Positions 1-11,073 are shown, numbered from the stretch's first letter. The stretch is 64,000 nucleotides of DNA from Sulfurimonadaceae bacterium (GCA_028683835.1 JAQUHB010000001.1:65060-129059); one strand, 5' to 3'. Notes: a model not told the origin generated them from the letters alone. Made by a program: numbers and translations.

Positions 1-1
1 T

Positions 2-3000
2 ATGGACCCTGAACTTCGTGCATTTTATGAATATCAATCAACGGTATTTGAAGCTTGGGATGGTCCAGCTGCATTTTCACTCACAGATGGTCGCTATATC
101 GGTTGTGTACTTGACAGAAATGGACTTCGTCCATCAAAATATATCATAACAAAAGATGACACACTTCTAATCGCGAGTGAGTATGGTGTTATCGATATTG
201 ATGAAGATAATATCAAAGAACGTGGACGTTTAAAATCTGGACAAATGATAGGTCTAGATCTTAAATATGGAAAAGTTTTAAAAGATAAACAGATCAATGA
301 TTATTTGAAAAGTTCAAATCCATATATGAAATGGCTCAATGAGCATATGATATATCTTCAAGAGCATGTAGAAGATCAATATAAAAGCCAATGTGACTTT
401 AATTCAAATGAGCTTATCCAAAGACAAAGATATTTTAACGTAACTCAAGAGATCGTTGAACAAGTTGTTGAACCAATGATTCGTGATGGCAAAGAGGCTG
501 TTGGCTCGATGGGTGATGATACACCACTTGCAGCATTTAGCAATAAACAACGCTCTTTTACAGATTTTTTCAAACAAAAATTTGCGCAGGTAACAAATCC
601 TCCGATCGATCCTATCCGTGAAAAAGTGGTTATGAGTTTAAATACAGGATTTGGTGAAGCTCATAATATTTTAGGAGAGTTGCCATCTCATGCTCATAGA
701 TTGAAAGCAATTTCTCCTGTGATTACTTTTGAAAAATTGGAAGTTTTAAAATCTTTTGGGGATAAAAAATCTCCAAGTTATCAGGACTTTTATAAAAATG
801 CTACGTTTTCAACAGCATTTGATACAGATTTAAAATCAGCACTTGATAATCTCGTAAAAGAAGTTATTGCAAGTGTTAGTAATGATAAAGTTCGTATTAT
901 AATCCTAGATGATGCAGGACTTAATAAAACAAAACGTGTTATACCAATGGCTATGGCAATAGGACGTCTCAATCATGCTCTTTTAGAAAATAAAATAAGA
1001 CACTTAGTCTCTCTCGTTGCCGCGACATCAGAAGTTTTTGATTCACATAGTGCAGCTGTTTTAATAGGATATGGAACAAGTGCTATCTATCCGAATCTAC
1101 TATTTTCAACGGTGGCAAGTGAGCTTACAAAGTCCAAATATAGCGATATTACATGCACTGAAGCTTTAAAATCAGTTCATGGTTCTATTAATGCAGGTAT
1201 TCTTAAAATCATGTCAAAAATGGGTATAGCGACTGTCGCTTCTTACCGAAATACAGGACTTTTTGATATTATAGGTCTAGGACGTGACATCACAAATGAA
1301 TGTTTTCATGGTTCTCATGTACAAATTCCAGGTCTTAGTTATGCAGATATAGATGCAAAGTTGAAAGAAAATCATAAAGCGGCATATAATGAAGATGGGT
1401 TTAATACTATTTTTCCACTCGCAATTGGTGGATATTATAAATTTTACAATGGACAGGAATATCATGATTTTGGTCCAGATGTTATCCATGCAATTCATGC
1501 ATTTGTTAAAACTGGAGATAAAAAAGATTATGAGAAATTTAAATCTACGGTCAATAACCGTGGTTTGAAATTTATTCGTGATTTTTTTGAATTTAAATCT
1601 GATAGAGCAGCTATTGATATTTCTGAAGTTGAATCAAAAGAGAAGATTTTTAAGCGTTTTGCTTCGGCAGCGATGAGTTTAGGTTCAATCAGCCCTGAAG
1701 CACATGAAACGCTTGCAATAGCGATGAACCAGATCGGTGCGCAGTCAAATTCAGGTGAGGGTGGTGAAGATTCTGTACGTTTTGACACAAACCGTAACTC
1801 TAAGATCAAGCAGGTTGCATCTGGCCGTTTTGGTGTAACTCCGGCATACCTTCGTTCAGCTGAAGAGATTCAGATTAAAGTTGCGCAAGGTGCAAAACCT
1901 GGTGAGGGTGGACAACTTCCAGGGCATAAGGTAACTGAGCTTATTGCTCGTCTACGCCATACAATACCAGGTGTTACACTTATCTCACCTCCTCCACACC
2001 ACGATATCTATTCAATAGAGGATTTGGCACAGCTGATCTTTGACCTTAAACAAGTCAATCCAAACGCGCGTATTGCTGTGAAACTTGTTTCTACAGCAGG
2101 TGTTGGAACAATTGCTGCGGGTGTTGCTAAAGCGTACGCTGATAAAATCATTATCTCGGGTGCTGATGGTGGTACTGGTGCGGCTCCACTAACATCAATC
2201 AAATATGCAGGTAGTCCATGGGAACTAGGTCTTAGTGAAGCGCATAATGCACTTAAAGTGAATGATCTTAGACGTCTTGTAGAAGTTCAGACGGATGGCG
2301 GACTTAAAACTGGTCAAGATGTTGTTAAAGCGGCAATGCTCGGTGCTGAGAGTTATGCTTTTGGTACGGCGGTACTTACTATTGTAGGATGTAAAATGCT
2401 TCGTATCTGTCACCTCAATAAATGTTCAGTCGGCATCGCAACACAAAATCAAAAATTGCGTGAAGAGTTCTTTGAAGGACATGTGCATCAAGTGGTTAAC
2501 TATTTTACTCTTTTAGCTGAAGATGTTCGCTCTATCATGGCAAGTCTTGGATATAAAACATTAGAAGAACTTGTCGGCAGAAGCGATCTTTTAAAAGTTG
2601 TCAATGACCCTTTTGCCCAAAAATTTGATTTTTCATCTGTTTTACACAGAGTTGAAGGTATCAATACTCGTCAAGAGCCTTTTAATAAACCTTTTGACGA
2701 TAACGCTTTTGAAAAAGCTATCTTAAAAGATGTTATGCCAGCCATTAAACATCCTGATCATCCTGTTCGTATTACAAGAGAGATCCAAAATATTCATAGA
2801 AGTTTTGGAGCTCTTATCAGTGGTGAAATTGCTCAGTATTATGGAGATGCAGGACTTAAAAAAGATACTATTACCATGGAACTCTCCGGTATCGCAGGTC
2901 AAGCTTTTGGAGCATTTTTGATCAACGGTATCTCAGTATATCTTGATGGTGTTGCAAATGATTATATCGGTAAAGGTCTCCATGGTGGTAAAATAGTTAT

Positions 3001-3499
3001 TACTTCTAAAAATGAAGGAGAAGAGTTTAGTGCCGGTGGAAATACATGTTTATATGGTGCAACAAGCGGCAAACTTTATATCTCTGGAAATGTGGGTGAA
3101 CGTTTTGCGGTTCGTAACTCAGGCGCACTTGCTATTGTAGAGGGTGCAGGAGATAATGCTTGTGAGTATATGACTGGCGGTATTATTGTCATCCTTGGTG
3201 AAACAGGGATCAACTTTGGCGCTGGTATGACAGGCGGTGTGGCATTTGTTTATGATAAAAAACATGATTTTATTGAAAATGTAAATAGCGAACTTGTTGA
3301 AGCTGTGAGAATTGATACAGATGATGGAGACGAAGCAAGACATTATCTTAAACGTCTTTTAAAAGAGTATTTGGTCGAAACAGCGAGTAAAAAAGCGAGA
3401 AAAATATTAGATAATTATAGACAAGATATTAGAGATTTCTGGTTAGTTCGTCCAAAAAATCTTAAAAAATTACCGTTGAACGCTGATAAAGGAGATTAA
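2..3499 (+). CDS. gltB: glutamate synthase large subunit (5' end outside the window)
   Basis: The ORF is open to the window edge. It carries FMN / Fe-S domain motifs (SNSGEGGE, PGEGGQLPG, ISPPPHHDIYSIEDL, LNKCSVGIATQ) and a C-terminal GXGXG beta-helix region (GNVGERFAVRNSGA...GDNACEYMTGG). gltD starts 2 nt after its stop. Confidence 0.96.
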   Translation: MDPELRAFYEYQSTVFEAWDGPAAFSLTDGRYIGCVLDRNGLRPSKYIITKDDTLLIASEYGVIDIDEDNIKERGRLKSGQMIGLDLKYGKVLKDKQINDYLKSSNPYMKWLNEHMIYLQEHVEDQYKSQCDFNSNELIQRQRYFNVTQEIVEQVVEPMIRDGKEAVGSMGDDTPLAAFSNKQRSFTDFFKQKFAQVTNPPIDPIREKVVMSLNTGFGEAHNILGELPSHAHRLKAISPVITFEKLEVLKSFGDKKSPSYQDFYKNATFSTAFDTDLKSALDNLVKEVIASVSNDKVRIIILDDAGLNKTKRVIPMAMAIGRLNHALLENKIRHLVSLVAATSEVFDSHSAAVLIGYGTSAIYPNLLFSTVASELTKSKYSDITCTEALKSVHGSINAGILKIMSKMGIATVASYRNTGLFDIIGLGRDITNECFHGSHVQIPGLSYADIDAKLKENHKAAYNEDGFNTIFPLAIGGYYKFYNGQEYHDFGPDVIHAIHAFVKTGDKKDYEKFKSTVNNRGLKFIRDFFEFKSDRAAIDISEVESKEKIFKRFASAAMSLGSISPEAHETLAIAMNQIGAQSNSGEGGEDSVRFDTNRNSKIKQVASGRFGVTPAYLRSAEEIQIKVAQGAKPGEGGQLPGHKVTELIARLRHTIPGVTLISPPPHHDIYSIEDLAQLIFDLKQVNPNARIAVKLVSTAGVGTIAAGVAKAYADKIIISGADGGTGAAPLTSIKYAGSPWELGLSEAHNALKVNDLRRLVEVQTDGGLKTGQDVVKAAMLGAESYAFGTAVLTIVGCKMLRICHLNKCSVGIATQNQKLREEFFEGHVHQVVNYFTLLAEDVRSIMASLGYKTLEELVGRSDLLKVVNDPFAQKFDFSSVLHRVEGINTRQEPFNKPFDDNAFEKAILKDVMPAIKHPDHPVRITREIQNIHRSFGALISGEIAQYYGDAGLKKDTITMELSGIAGQAFGAFLINGISVYLDGVANDYIGKGLHGGKIVITSKNEGEEFSAGGNTCLYGATSGKLYISGNVGERFAVRNSGALAIVEGAGDNACEYMTGGIIVILGETGINFGAGMTGGVAFVYDKKHDFIENVNSELVEAVRIDTDDGDEARHYLKRLLKEYLVETASKKARKILDNYRQDIRDFWLVRPKNLKKLPLNADKGD

Positions 3500-3500
3500 T

Positions 3501-4886
3501 ATGCAAGAATATTTAAATATAGGACGTACAGACCCTCAAAAACGTTTGGTTGTTGAGCGCGTAAGAGATTTTAAAGAGATTTATGAAGTTTTCGATAAAG
3601 ACCGTGCGGCTTCTCAAAGCGTGCGTTGTATTCAGTGTGGCGATCCATATTGTCTCAATAAATGCCCATTGCACAACTATATTCCGCAGTGGCTTAAAAG
3701 TGTGGCTGAAAAAGATCTTAATTTTGCATTTCGTTTGGCAAATGAACCTTCTCCATTTCCAGAAGTGATGGGAAGAGTTTGTCCGCATGACAGACTTTGT
3801 GAGGGAGACTGTACGTTAAATGACGGACACGGAGCAATTACTATCGGTTCTGTTGAAACTTTTATCGTCGAAGAGGGATTTAAAAATGGTTTAAAACCAC
3901 AATTTCCTGGAATTACAACCGATAAAAAAGTAGCAATTATCGGCTCTGGACCTGCGGGACTTTCATGTGCAACTTATCTTCTTCGTTCAGGTATAGCCGT
4001 TACGATGTATGAAAGAAGTGATAGGGCAGGGGGACTTTTAACGTATGGAATACCTAATTTTAAGCTTGATAAAAAGATTATTGAACGTCGTGTAAAACTT
4101 CTTCAAGAGGCTGGTTTGGAACTTGTATTAAACACTGAAGTCGGACGTGATATCTCTTTTGAAGAGATTGCCGATAAGCATGATGCAATGTTTATAGGTA
4201 TCGGTGCAACGGTCGCTAAAAAAGCAGGAATCGCAGGAGAAAAAGCTCCAAATATTTATAAAGCGATGGATTATTTAACAAATCTTCAGCGTAAAAATTT
4301 CAAGTTAACATATGAGAAAAAATTTGATTTTAAAGATCTTGATGTTGTAGTCGTCGGTGGCGGTGATACTGCGATGGATTGTCTTCGCACTGCAAAACGT
4401 GAAGGTGCAAGAAGTGTTACATGTTTGTATCGTCGTGATGCACATAATATGCCTGGAAGCCAAAAAGAGTATAAAAATGCAATGGAAGAAGGTGTTGATT
4501 TTACATTTTGTGTCTCTCCTAAAGAGATCATTTTAAATGAAGCAGGACGTGCAATTGCAGTAGAAGTTATGAGAACTACTTTAGGTGCCAAAGATGAAAG
4601 TGGACGTCAAAAGATGGAAGAGATTAAAGGAAGTGAATACAGAGTGAGTGCCGATGTCATCATTATGTCCCTTGGTTTTGATCCTGCTACTCCATCATTC
4701 TTAGCAGAAAATGGTATTGAAACTAACTCATGGGGCGGCGTGATTATTAATGAAGAAACGCATGAAACTAAAACAGCAGGTGTCTATGCCGGAGGAGACT
4801 GTTTCCGTGGAGCTGATCTTGTAGTTACTGCTGCATTTGATGGACGTGAAGCTGCTAGAAGTATGGTTAAATCACTTCTAGGTTAG
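3501..4886 (+). CDS. gltD: glutamate synthase small subunit (NADPH)
   Basis: It has an N-terminal Cys cluster (CIQCGDPYCLNKCP...CPHDRLCEGDC) and dinucleotide folds (GSGPAGLSCA, GGGDTAMDC). It is directly coupled to gltB. Confidence 0.95.
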   Translation: MQEYLNIGRTDPQKRLVVERVRDFKEIYEVFDKDRAASQSVRCIQCGDPYCLNKCPLHNYIPQWLKSVAEKDLNFAFRLANEPSPFPEVMGRVCPHDRLCEGDCTLNDGHGAITIGSVETFIVEEGFKNGLKPQFPGITTDKKVAIIGSGPAGLSCATYLLRSGIAVTMYERSDRAGGLLTYGIPNFKLDKKIIERRVKLLQEAGLELVLNTEVGRDISFEEIADKHDAMFIGIGATVAKKAGIAGEKAPNIYKAMDYLTNLQRKNFKLTYEKKFDFKDLDVVVVGGGDTAMDCLRTAKREGARSVTCLYRRDAHNMPGSQKEYKNAMEEGVDFTFCVSPKEIILNEAGRAIAVEVMRTTLGAKDESGRQKMEEIKGSEYRVSADVIIMSLGFDPATPSFLAENGIETNSWGGVIINEETHETKTAGVYAGGDCFRGADLVVTAAFDGREAARSMVKSLLG

Positions 4887-5624
4887 ATGATAGATTTTCA
4901 CTCTTTTATCAAAGATGCCCTTGTGGCATCTCTTGAAATACAAAAAAAACTCCAACAAAATTCCCTTTCTTTATATGAAAAACATACTCTTGGTGCCGGT
5001 GGTGATATAAGTTATGGTGCTGATTTAGTAGCTGAGACAATTTATGTATCATACCTTGGAAAATATGCCAAGATCGATTCTGAAGAGTCCGGTGTGATCG
5101 GTGATGGAAAATACACTATCTATCTTGACCCTCTCGATGGAAGTGAAAACTTTAAAACGAATTTTCCTTATTATGGAGCGTCTATTGCTTTATGTTTACA
5201 AGAAAATACCGTTGTAGCAATTATTGTAAATTTTATCTCATCTGAAGTGTTTGTAAGAACAGAAAATGAGTTTTATAAAACCTATCTAAACGAGCTTGCA
5301 TTGAAGCAAAGTGTGACAGAAAATAGTTCACTCTCTTCTGTTGGAATTGTTGAAAAAGCATACGATAAGCCGCAAAAATTAGCTGTTTTAAAAGAAAATA
5401 AGTTGAAGTTTAGATCACCTGGCGCAGTTGCTCTCTCTTTGGCTTATACGCATTATGTGAATTATATGCTCTTTTTTGGTACAATTCGTGTTTATGATAT
5501 GCAAGCCGGTCTTTATATATGCAAAGATTTACATATATATCAAGATGACGAGATGACCATAATTTCAAAAGACTCTGATCTATTTGACAAATTATGTAAA
5601 TTATACAACAAGGAACACTTTTGA
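4887..5624 (+). CDS. inositol monophosphatase family protein
   Basis: IMPase-type motifs are present (DSEESG and YLDPLDGSENF). It sits upstream of accD, as I recall for C. jejuni. Confidence 0.75.
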   Translation: MIDFHSFIKDALVASLEIQKKLQQNSLSLYEKHTLGAGGDISYGADLVAETIYVSYLGKYAKIDSEESGVIGDGKYTIYLDPLDGSENFKTNFPYYGASIALCLQENTVVAIIVNFISSEVFVRTENEFYKTYLNELALKQSVTENSSLSSVGIVEKAYDKPQKLAVLKENKLKFRSPGAVALSLAYTHYVNYMLFFGTIRVYDMQAGLYICKDLHIYQDDEMTIISKDSDLFDKLCKLYNKEHF

Positions 5625-6466
5625 GTCTTTTTAACCTCTTTACTTCAAATGCAAAAAAACAGCAGGCCACAAAAAGCGAAGCTCCTGCACACTGGATAAA
5701 GTGTACTTCATGCCAGTCTCTTATGTATTATAAAGAGATTGAAAATCAAAATTATGTATGTCCTAAGTGTGGATTTCACTTAAGAATTGGTGTAAAAGAA
5801 AGAATTGCACTTTTAAGTGATGAAAATAGCTTTGTAGAATTTGATGGAAATTTAACACCTATTGATCCTCTAAACTTTGTAGATAAAATAAGTTATGCCA
5901 AACGTGTGGAAGATGCCTATGGAAAAACTGGGCGTAAATCCTCCGTTATTAGCGGTGAATGTAAAATTAATGAGCAAAGCGCACAACTAGTTGTCTTTGA
6001 TTTTTCATTTATGGGTGGATCACTTGGATCGGTAGAGGGTGAAAAAATTGTTCGTGCAGTCAATCGTGCGATCACAAAGCGCGAAGGACTGATCATTATT
6101 AGTGCTAGTGGTGGGGCAAGAATGCAAGAAAGTACATTTTCTTTGATGCAGATGAGTAAAACTTCAGCAGCACTTGCAAAACTTTCAGAACATAAACTTC
6201 CATATATTTCACTGCTTACTGATCCCACGATGGGTGGAGTGAGTGCGTCATTTGCTATGCTTGGTGACATTATTATGGCTGAACCAGGTGCACTGGTTGG
6301 TTTTGCAGGACAAAGAGTTATTAAGCAGACAATCGGTTCTGATCTTCCTGAAGGCTTTCAAAGGGCTGAGTTTTTACTCGAAAAAGGTTCAATCGATATG
6401 GTAGTAAACAGAAATGACCTGAAGCAAACTTTGTCTGATCTCTTAAAGATGTTAGTAAATAAATAA
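5621..6466 (+). CDS. accD: acetyl-CoA carboxylase carboxyltransferase beta subunit
   Basis: It has an N-terminal zinc ribbon (CTSCQSLMYYKE...CPKCG) and carboxyltransferase motifs (GGSLGSVEGEK, SGGARMQE). The TTG start overlaps the upstream stop codon. Confidence 0.93.
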   Translation: MSLFNLFTSNAKKQQATKSEAPAHWIKCTSCQSLMYYKEIENQNYVCPKCGFHLRIGVKERIALLSDENSFVEFDGNLTPIDPLNFVDKISYAKRVEDAYGKTGRKSSVISGECKINEQSAQLVVFDFSFMGGSLGSVEGEKIVRAVNRAITKREGLIIISASGGARMQESTFSLMQMSKTSAALAKLSEHKLPYISLLTDPTMGGVSASFAMLGDIIMAEPGALVGFAGQRVIKQTIGSDLPEGFQRAEFLLEKGSIDMVVNRNDLKQTLSDLLKMLVNK

Positions 6467-6467
6467 T

Positions 6468-7025
6468 ATGCAACTTTACGCACTTTGCGATCAGGAGATG
6501 TTGGATAAGCATAATCTTTCTTTGGAAGATTTTGTTTTGATAGCCAAAAAATATGATGCAGAGGTGATTCAATATCGTAATAAAACTGCAGATATCTCCT
6601 TTATAAAACAACAATTAATCATTTTAAGACAGCTTTTTGAAGGCTTTTTGATCGTGAATGATGCTTTTGAACTGAGTTCTTTTTGTGATGGTGTACATAT
6701 TGGGCAAGAAGATCTTCATAAGATTGATTCTGATGCTAAAAAAGCAATTAAGATTTTAAAAGAAGTTATAGGCAAAGATAAATTATTGGGTCTTTCCACT
6801 CATAATAAAGATGAGATTTTACAAGCAAATACACTTGATCTCAACTATATAGGTCTTGGTGCTTATAGACCAACGACAACAAAAGATGTAGATAATATCT
6901 TAGGTGAGAACTTGGATGAGATAGCTTCTTTGTCAAAACATCCTGTTGCAGCAATCGGTGGTGTACGGTTGGATGATAGTTTTAAATATGTGACTTATCA
7001 TGTCATAGGCAGTGGACTTCTGTGA
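6468..7025 (+). CDS. thiE: thiamine-phosphate synthase
   Basis: It is 185 aa with ThiE-like motifs ([34 protein letters not shown]). Confidence 0.85.
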   Translation: MQLYALCDQEMLDKHNLSLEDFVLIAKKYDAEVIQYRNKTADISFIKQQLIILRQLFEGFLIVNDAFELSSFCDGVHIGQEDLHKIDSDAKKAIKILKEVIGKDKLLGLSTHNKDEILQANTLDLNYIGLGAYRPTTTKDVDNILGENLDEIASLSKHPVAAIGGVRLDDSFKYVTYHVIGSGLL

Positions 7026-7480
7026 ATATTGATATTATCTCTATTGCAAAAAAAGAGCGTTCGACTTATGACCCTTTGTACAAAGAATTAGAAAAAATGA
7101 TATCTCGCTTTGCAAAAGTACAAGATATTGAGCTCTTTTCTAAAGAGATTACAAAGGCTCACAATATAGGAACAGATGCCTCAAAAGCCTCTTACACAAA
7201 GGCTTTTGAACCATATGCAAACAATGGATATAGAGTTTCGTTACATCCTGATGGAAAATTAATCGACAGTTTTGAATTTAGTAAGCTTTTAGATGGTAAA
7301 ATGTCAATTCAATTTTACATAGGCGGTGCTTACGGTCTTGAAGAGGAGTTTTTAAACCGATCTGACAAGGTTATAAGTCTAGGTAAAATAACGATGAGCC
7401 ACAAAATTGCAAAAGTTGTTCTATTGGAACAGATATATAGAGGTTTTTCAATTTTATCAAACCATCCATATCATAAATAG
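7022..7480 (+). CDS. rlmH: 23S rRNA (pseudouridine1915-N3)-methyltransferase
   Basis: It is a 152-aa SPOUT-type protein ending in the typical ...[19 protein letters not shown]. The GTG start overlaps the thiE stop. Confidence 0.88.
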   Translation: MNIDIISIAKKERSTYDPLYKELEKMISRFAKVQDIELFSKEITKAHNIGTDASKASYTKAFEPYANNGYRVSLHPDGKLIDSFEFSKLLDGKMSIQFYIGGAYGLEEEFLNRSDKVISLGKITMSHKIAKVVLLEQIYRGFSILSNHPYHK

Positions 7481-7491
7481 CGGGGTAGTAC

Positions 7492-7860
7492 GTGAGACAA
7501 AGCGAACTGGATTTTTTCAAAAAAATGCTTGAAGTACGTAAAGTACAAATCATAAGAAACATTACTGGTGTGCAAGAAGAGATGGGTCAACTCCGTCAAG
7601 AAGAACTGCATGACGATGCAGATTTTGCTGTAATGAGCAATAATAATCTGGTTGAAAATGCTATTAGTGAACAACAAGGCAAAGAGCTTCGTGAAATTGA
7701 AGTTTCTTTACATAAGATTACTCAAGCTGCATATGGAAAATGTGAAATGTGTGAAGAGCTTATTAGTATTCCTCGTCTTAAAGTGAAACCTCATGCAAAA
7801 TATTGCATCGACTGCCGTGAGATTGCAGAGAAACAAAACTCAAAATTAGGAAATAGATAA
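7492..7860 (+). CDS. dksA: DksA/TraR-family zinc-finger protein
   Basis: It has a coiled-coil N-terminus and a C4 finger (CEMCEELISIPRLKVKPHAKYCIDC). Synteny with rlmH and accD matches the C. jejuni dksA-like gene. Confidence 0.85.
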   Translation: MRQSELDFFKKMLEVRKVQIIRNITGVQEEMGQLRQEELHDDADFAVMSNNNLVENAISEQQGKELREIEVSLHKITQAAYGKCEMCEELISIPRLKVKPHAKYCIDCREIAEKQNSKLGNR

Positions 7861-8873
7861 TGTATATAAAGCGCTACACAATATCAGTCATCCTCTTTGT
7901 AATTTTACTTGGGTGGTATGTATATGGTTTTGTAACACAACAGAGTATTGAAATTGGATTTTTAGGCTTGAGTTTACCATCAATGCCGATTGCAGTTTTA
8001 GTTATCATTCCACTTATTTTACTTTATGTGGCAACTATTTTTCATATGGCTTTTTATTCACTTCTTGGAAGTTTTAAAGTGAGAAAATATGAAAAAGATT
8101 TAGAAAAAATGATGATTTCTGTGGGTGATGCGCTTTTATGTAAAGAAAATCGCCATTTTGAGTTTAAAACACCAAAATATAAGCAACTTGGAAAAGTGAT
8201 AGATCATGTTTCTATGATTGCAGATGCACAGATGCCATCTATCGAAGATGAAAAACTTGCAAATGTATTAAGAGTAGTAAGCAGAGTGAAAAGCGGTGAA
8301 GTTGCAGATCTTAGAAAATTCAGTTTACCAACTGACAACGAACTTATGATTCAAAATGACAAAAATCGATATGATGCGCATGAACTCTCTCCTGAAGATG
8401 TTCTCGGTAAAACTGGAAGATATTCAAAAGAGCTGTGCATACGAGCTTATGTGGATGCATCGAAGAAATCTGCGTTTTCAGTGATAGAAAAAAATAAAGA
8501 GTTCATAAATCATGAGGCTCTAAGTAATATTTTATCACGTATCAATGCAGACCAAAATCAATTAGATCTTTCAAACCAAGCGCTGATAGAGCTTATAGGT
8601 ATGTTAGAGCTAAATGAGAAAGATTACATCAGTATCTCTCAAGCTCTTTCAAAAAGTATGATTCCAGAGCAAAGAATCAAACTTTTTGAACTTTTAAGTG
8701 AAAAAGATGATGAAGCAACGGGTGCATATTTATATACATTATATGATTTGGAGATGCAATATCATGCAAATGAGATCTTGTCAAATACACAAGCGAATGA
8801 GTACCTTAACTTTAAAGCATATCGTGCTTTAAAAGAGTGCAATAGACATTATGATATTTCACTTTTTGTTTAG
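7860..8873 (+). CDS. conserved membrane protein of unknown function
   Basis: It has two N-terminal TM helices followed by a soluble helical domain. Its start overlaps the dksA stop (TAATG), suggesting translational coupling. Confidence 0.6.
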   Translation: MYIKRYTISVILFVILLGWYVYGFVTQQSIEIGFLGLSLPSMPIAVLVIIPLILLYVATIFHMAFYSLLGSFKVRKYEKDLEKMMISVGDALLCKENRHFEFKTPKYKQLGKVIDHVSMIADAQMPSIEDEKLANVLRVVSRVKSGEVADLRKFSLPTDNELMIQNDKNRYDAHELSPEDVLGKTGRYSKELCIRAYVDASKKSAFSVIEKNKEFINHEALSNILSRINADQNQLDLSNQALIELIGMLELNEKDYISISQALSKSMIPEQRIKLFELLSEKDDEATGAYLYTLYDLEMQYHANEILSNTQANEYLNFKAYRALKECNRHYDISLFV

Positions 8874-8955
8874 AGAATTTTTATCTCTAAACGCTCTCTT
8901 CTTATCTGAAATGCAGTTTATTTCAACTTCAAATAACTTTTCTGGAAAATTTTAA

Positions 8956-9912
8956 ATGCAAAAAAAATTATCGTTTGATCAACCACTTTATGTTTTAGCT
9001 CCACTCGCGGGATATACAGATCTTCCATTTCGAAGTGTTGTTAAAAAGTTTGGTGCAGACTTGACAGTGAGTGAAATGATCAGCTCAAATGCTCTTACAC
9101 ATGGTTCTGCAAAAACTCTACATATGCTTGAAAAAAGTGATAATGAAGATCCCTACTCAGTTCAAATAGCAGGTGCAGAGGCAAGTGTCATAAAAGAGGC
9201 TGTAGAGGTTTTAAATGAGCAAAGTGGCATAGATATTATAGATCTTAACTGTGGCTGTCCTGTACCTAAGATTGTGGGTCATGGAAGTGGAAGTTCACTA
9301 TTGCTCAATCTTCCGCTTATGGGTGAGATCATTAGAACTATCAAAGATACTTCTAATAAGTCTATGACAAGTGTGAAGATAAGACTTGGATATGAGAAGA
9401 AGAACCATATCGATATAGCGAAGATTGTAGAAGATAACGGTGCTGATTTTATCGCTGTTCATGGACGTACACGTGCAGGAAAATTTAAGGCTGAAGTGGA
9501 TTATGATGCTATTAGAGAGATTAAAGAAGCTATTAAGATTCCAGTAATTGCAAATGGCGATATTGATTCTTTTGAAAAAGCGCAATGGGTGCTTGAACAT
9601 ACAGGCGCAGATGGTGTGATGATAGGACGTGGAGCCGTTGGCGCACCGTGGATTTTTCATCAACTTAAATCTGGTTCAACAGAGATAGATAGGGTATTAA
9701 AACATGCAATCATCATGGAACATTTTGACAAGATGATAGATTTTTACGGTCCTCGCGGTGTTAGTATGTTTCGAAAACATACACATACCTATTCGAAAGG
9801 GTATCAGGGAGCTTCAGTGCTGAGAGATAAAGTGAATCGCATTGATGATGTGGCACAATACAGAGATGTAATCGATACGTTCTTTTTGGAGAATGAGATT
9901 GTTGCAAGATAG
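8956..9912 (+). CDS. dusB: tRNA dihydrouridine synthase
   Basis: Dus motifs are present (LAPLAGYTDLPFR, DLNCGCP, VHGRTR, VIANGDI). Confidence 0.9.
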   Translation: MQKKLSFDQPLYVLAPLAGYTDLPFRSVVKKFGADLTVSEMISSNALTHGSAKTLHMLEKSDNEDPYSVQIAGAEASVIKEAVEVLNEQSGIDIIDLNCGCPVPKIVGHGSGSSLLLNLPLMGEIIRTIKDTSNKSMTSVKIRLGYEKKNHIDIAKIVEDNGADFIAVHGRTRAGKFKAEVDYDAIREIKEAIKIPVIANGDIDSFEKAQWVLEHTGADGVMIGRGAVGAPWIFHQLKSGSTEIDRVLKHAIIMEHFDKMIDFYGPRGVSMFRKHTHTYSKGYQGASVLRDKVNRIDDVAQYRDVIDTFFLENEIVAR

Positions 9913-9924
9913 ACAGGGAAGATA

Positions 9925-11073
9925 ATGCTTGAAGCAACACAATCGATTTTAAATCTTTTAGAAGATGACATAGATGATAACGTTTTATATTACGACTATA
10001 ATATAAGACACCTGTTTTCTCTCATAAAAGAAGGTGTTCCAGAAGATGACAATAGATACCTGAGTTCATTTAGATCTTTTGAGGGCGAAGTCTTTGAAAA
10101 CTATATGTATGAGAAACTTTTAGCTTATGTTGTGGTACAAGATGAAATTGAGAAGTTTGTTCTCAAAGGACATCATCAAAGTAAAGACAAAGCACTTGCA
10201 AATACACTCTCTATTAGTGAAAAAGCGCAGATCGTTTATCGTACAAAAAGTAGAGAGATTGGTGAGTTTGATGCATTGATCTTTACTAAAACAGAGCTTT
10301 ATTTTGTAGAAATGACATTAGTCAAATCAGTACTCAAGCTTAAAAAAAGACTTAGAAAGAAAAAAGCGCTTTTGGAAACAATCTTCCCGCAGTATGTGGT
10401 CAAATCTCTCATCATTCTCAATGAAGGTGTCAGTGGTGTTAAACAGCTTCCGGACTACTGTAAAGTTTGGATCACGAAACCTTTTTCATCCCAGAAAGTT
10501 CTAGATTATCTCAAAGACCCAAAAGCTTACGACAAAAAACCAAAAAAGGTTATCGAGAGTAAAAAACTTATAGAAGCTGAAAGTTTGAGAGTTACACCTT
10601 TTAAATACTATAATATCCTCTCTTGGATTACAAAGTCTTTGCGTCAAAACAGAGGTCAACTCATCAATATGAGATTTTTAAATGAACCATTGACTCAAAG
10701 ATATCATGACCTTTATACAAAAGTTTATCTTGGGTATATGAGCGCTTCTGAGTTTAAAAAGGTTGTTTCTTTGGATATTAAAGAGGATCAGCAAGTTATC
10801 GTGGCGTTAGAAAAAAAGCATTCGGATGAGATCGTATTGACTTATTATGTTCAGTACAGCAGAAAAAAACTTGACTATATCTCTTTTAATGATGAAGGTG
10901 TTTTGAGTGTTGAGAGAAAAGATCCTTTTGGAATCACTGTGACTGAGGTTTATCATATAACTAAGATGATGGATCAAAACTATGAACTCAGTGCAAATAA
11001 TATTAAGACAATCAAAAAACTACTTTCTGAGAGTTTCAAACAATCTTTACACCAAGAGAACACTTATACTTAA
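9925..11073 (+). CDS. hypothetical protein with a possible PD-(D/E)xK (NERD-like) N-terminal module
   Basis: The ORF is long and its codon usage matches the neighbours. The pattern EGEVFENYMYEKLL ... GEFDALIF ... YFVEMTLVKS resembles a restriction-endonuclease fold. I recognise nothing in the C-terminal 230 aa. Confidence 0.55.
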   Translation: MLEATQSILNLLEDDIDDNVLYYDYNIRHLFSLIKEGVPEDDNRYLSSFRSFEGEVFENYMYEKLLAYVVVQDEIEKFVLKGHHQSKDKALANTLSISEKAQIVYRTKSREIGEFDALIFTKTELYFVEMTLVKSVLKLKKRLRKKKALLETIFPQYVVKSLIILNEGVSGVKQLPDYCKVWITKPFSSQKVLDYLKDPKAYDKKPKKVIESKKLIEAESLRVTPFKYYNILSWITKSLRQNRGQLINMRFLNEPLTQRYHDLYTKVYLGYMSASEFKKVVSLDIKEDQQVIVALEKKHSDEIVLTYYVQYSRKKLDYISFNDEGVLSVERKDPFGITVTEVYHITKMMDQNYELSANNIKTIKKLLSESFKQSLHQENTYT

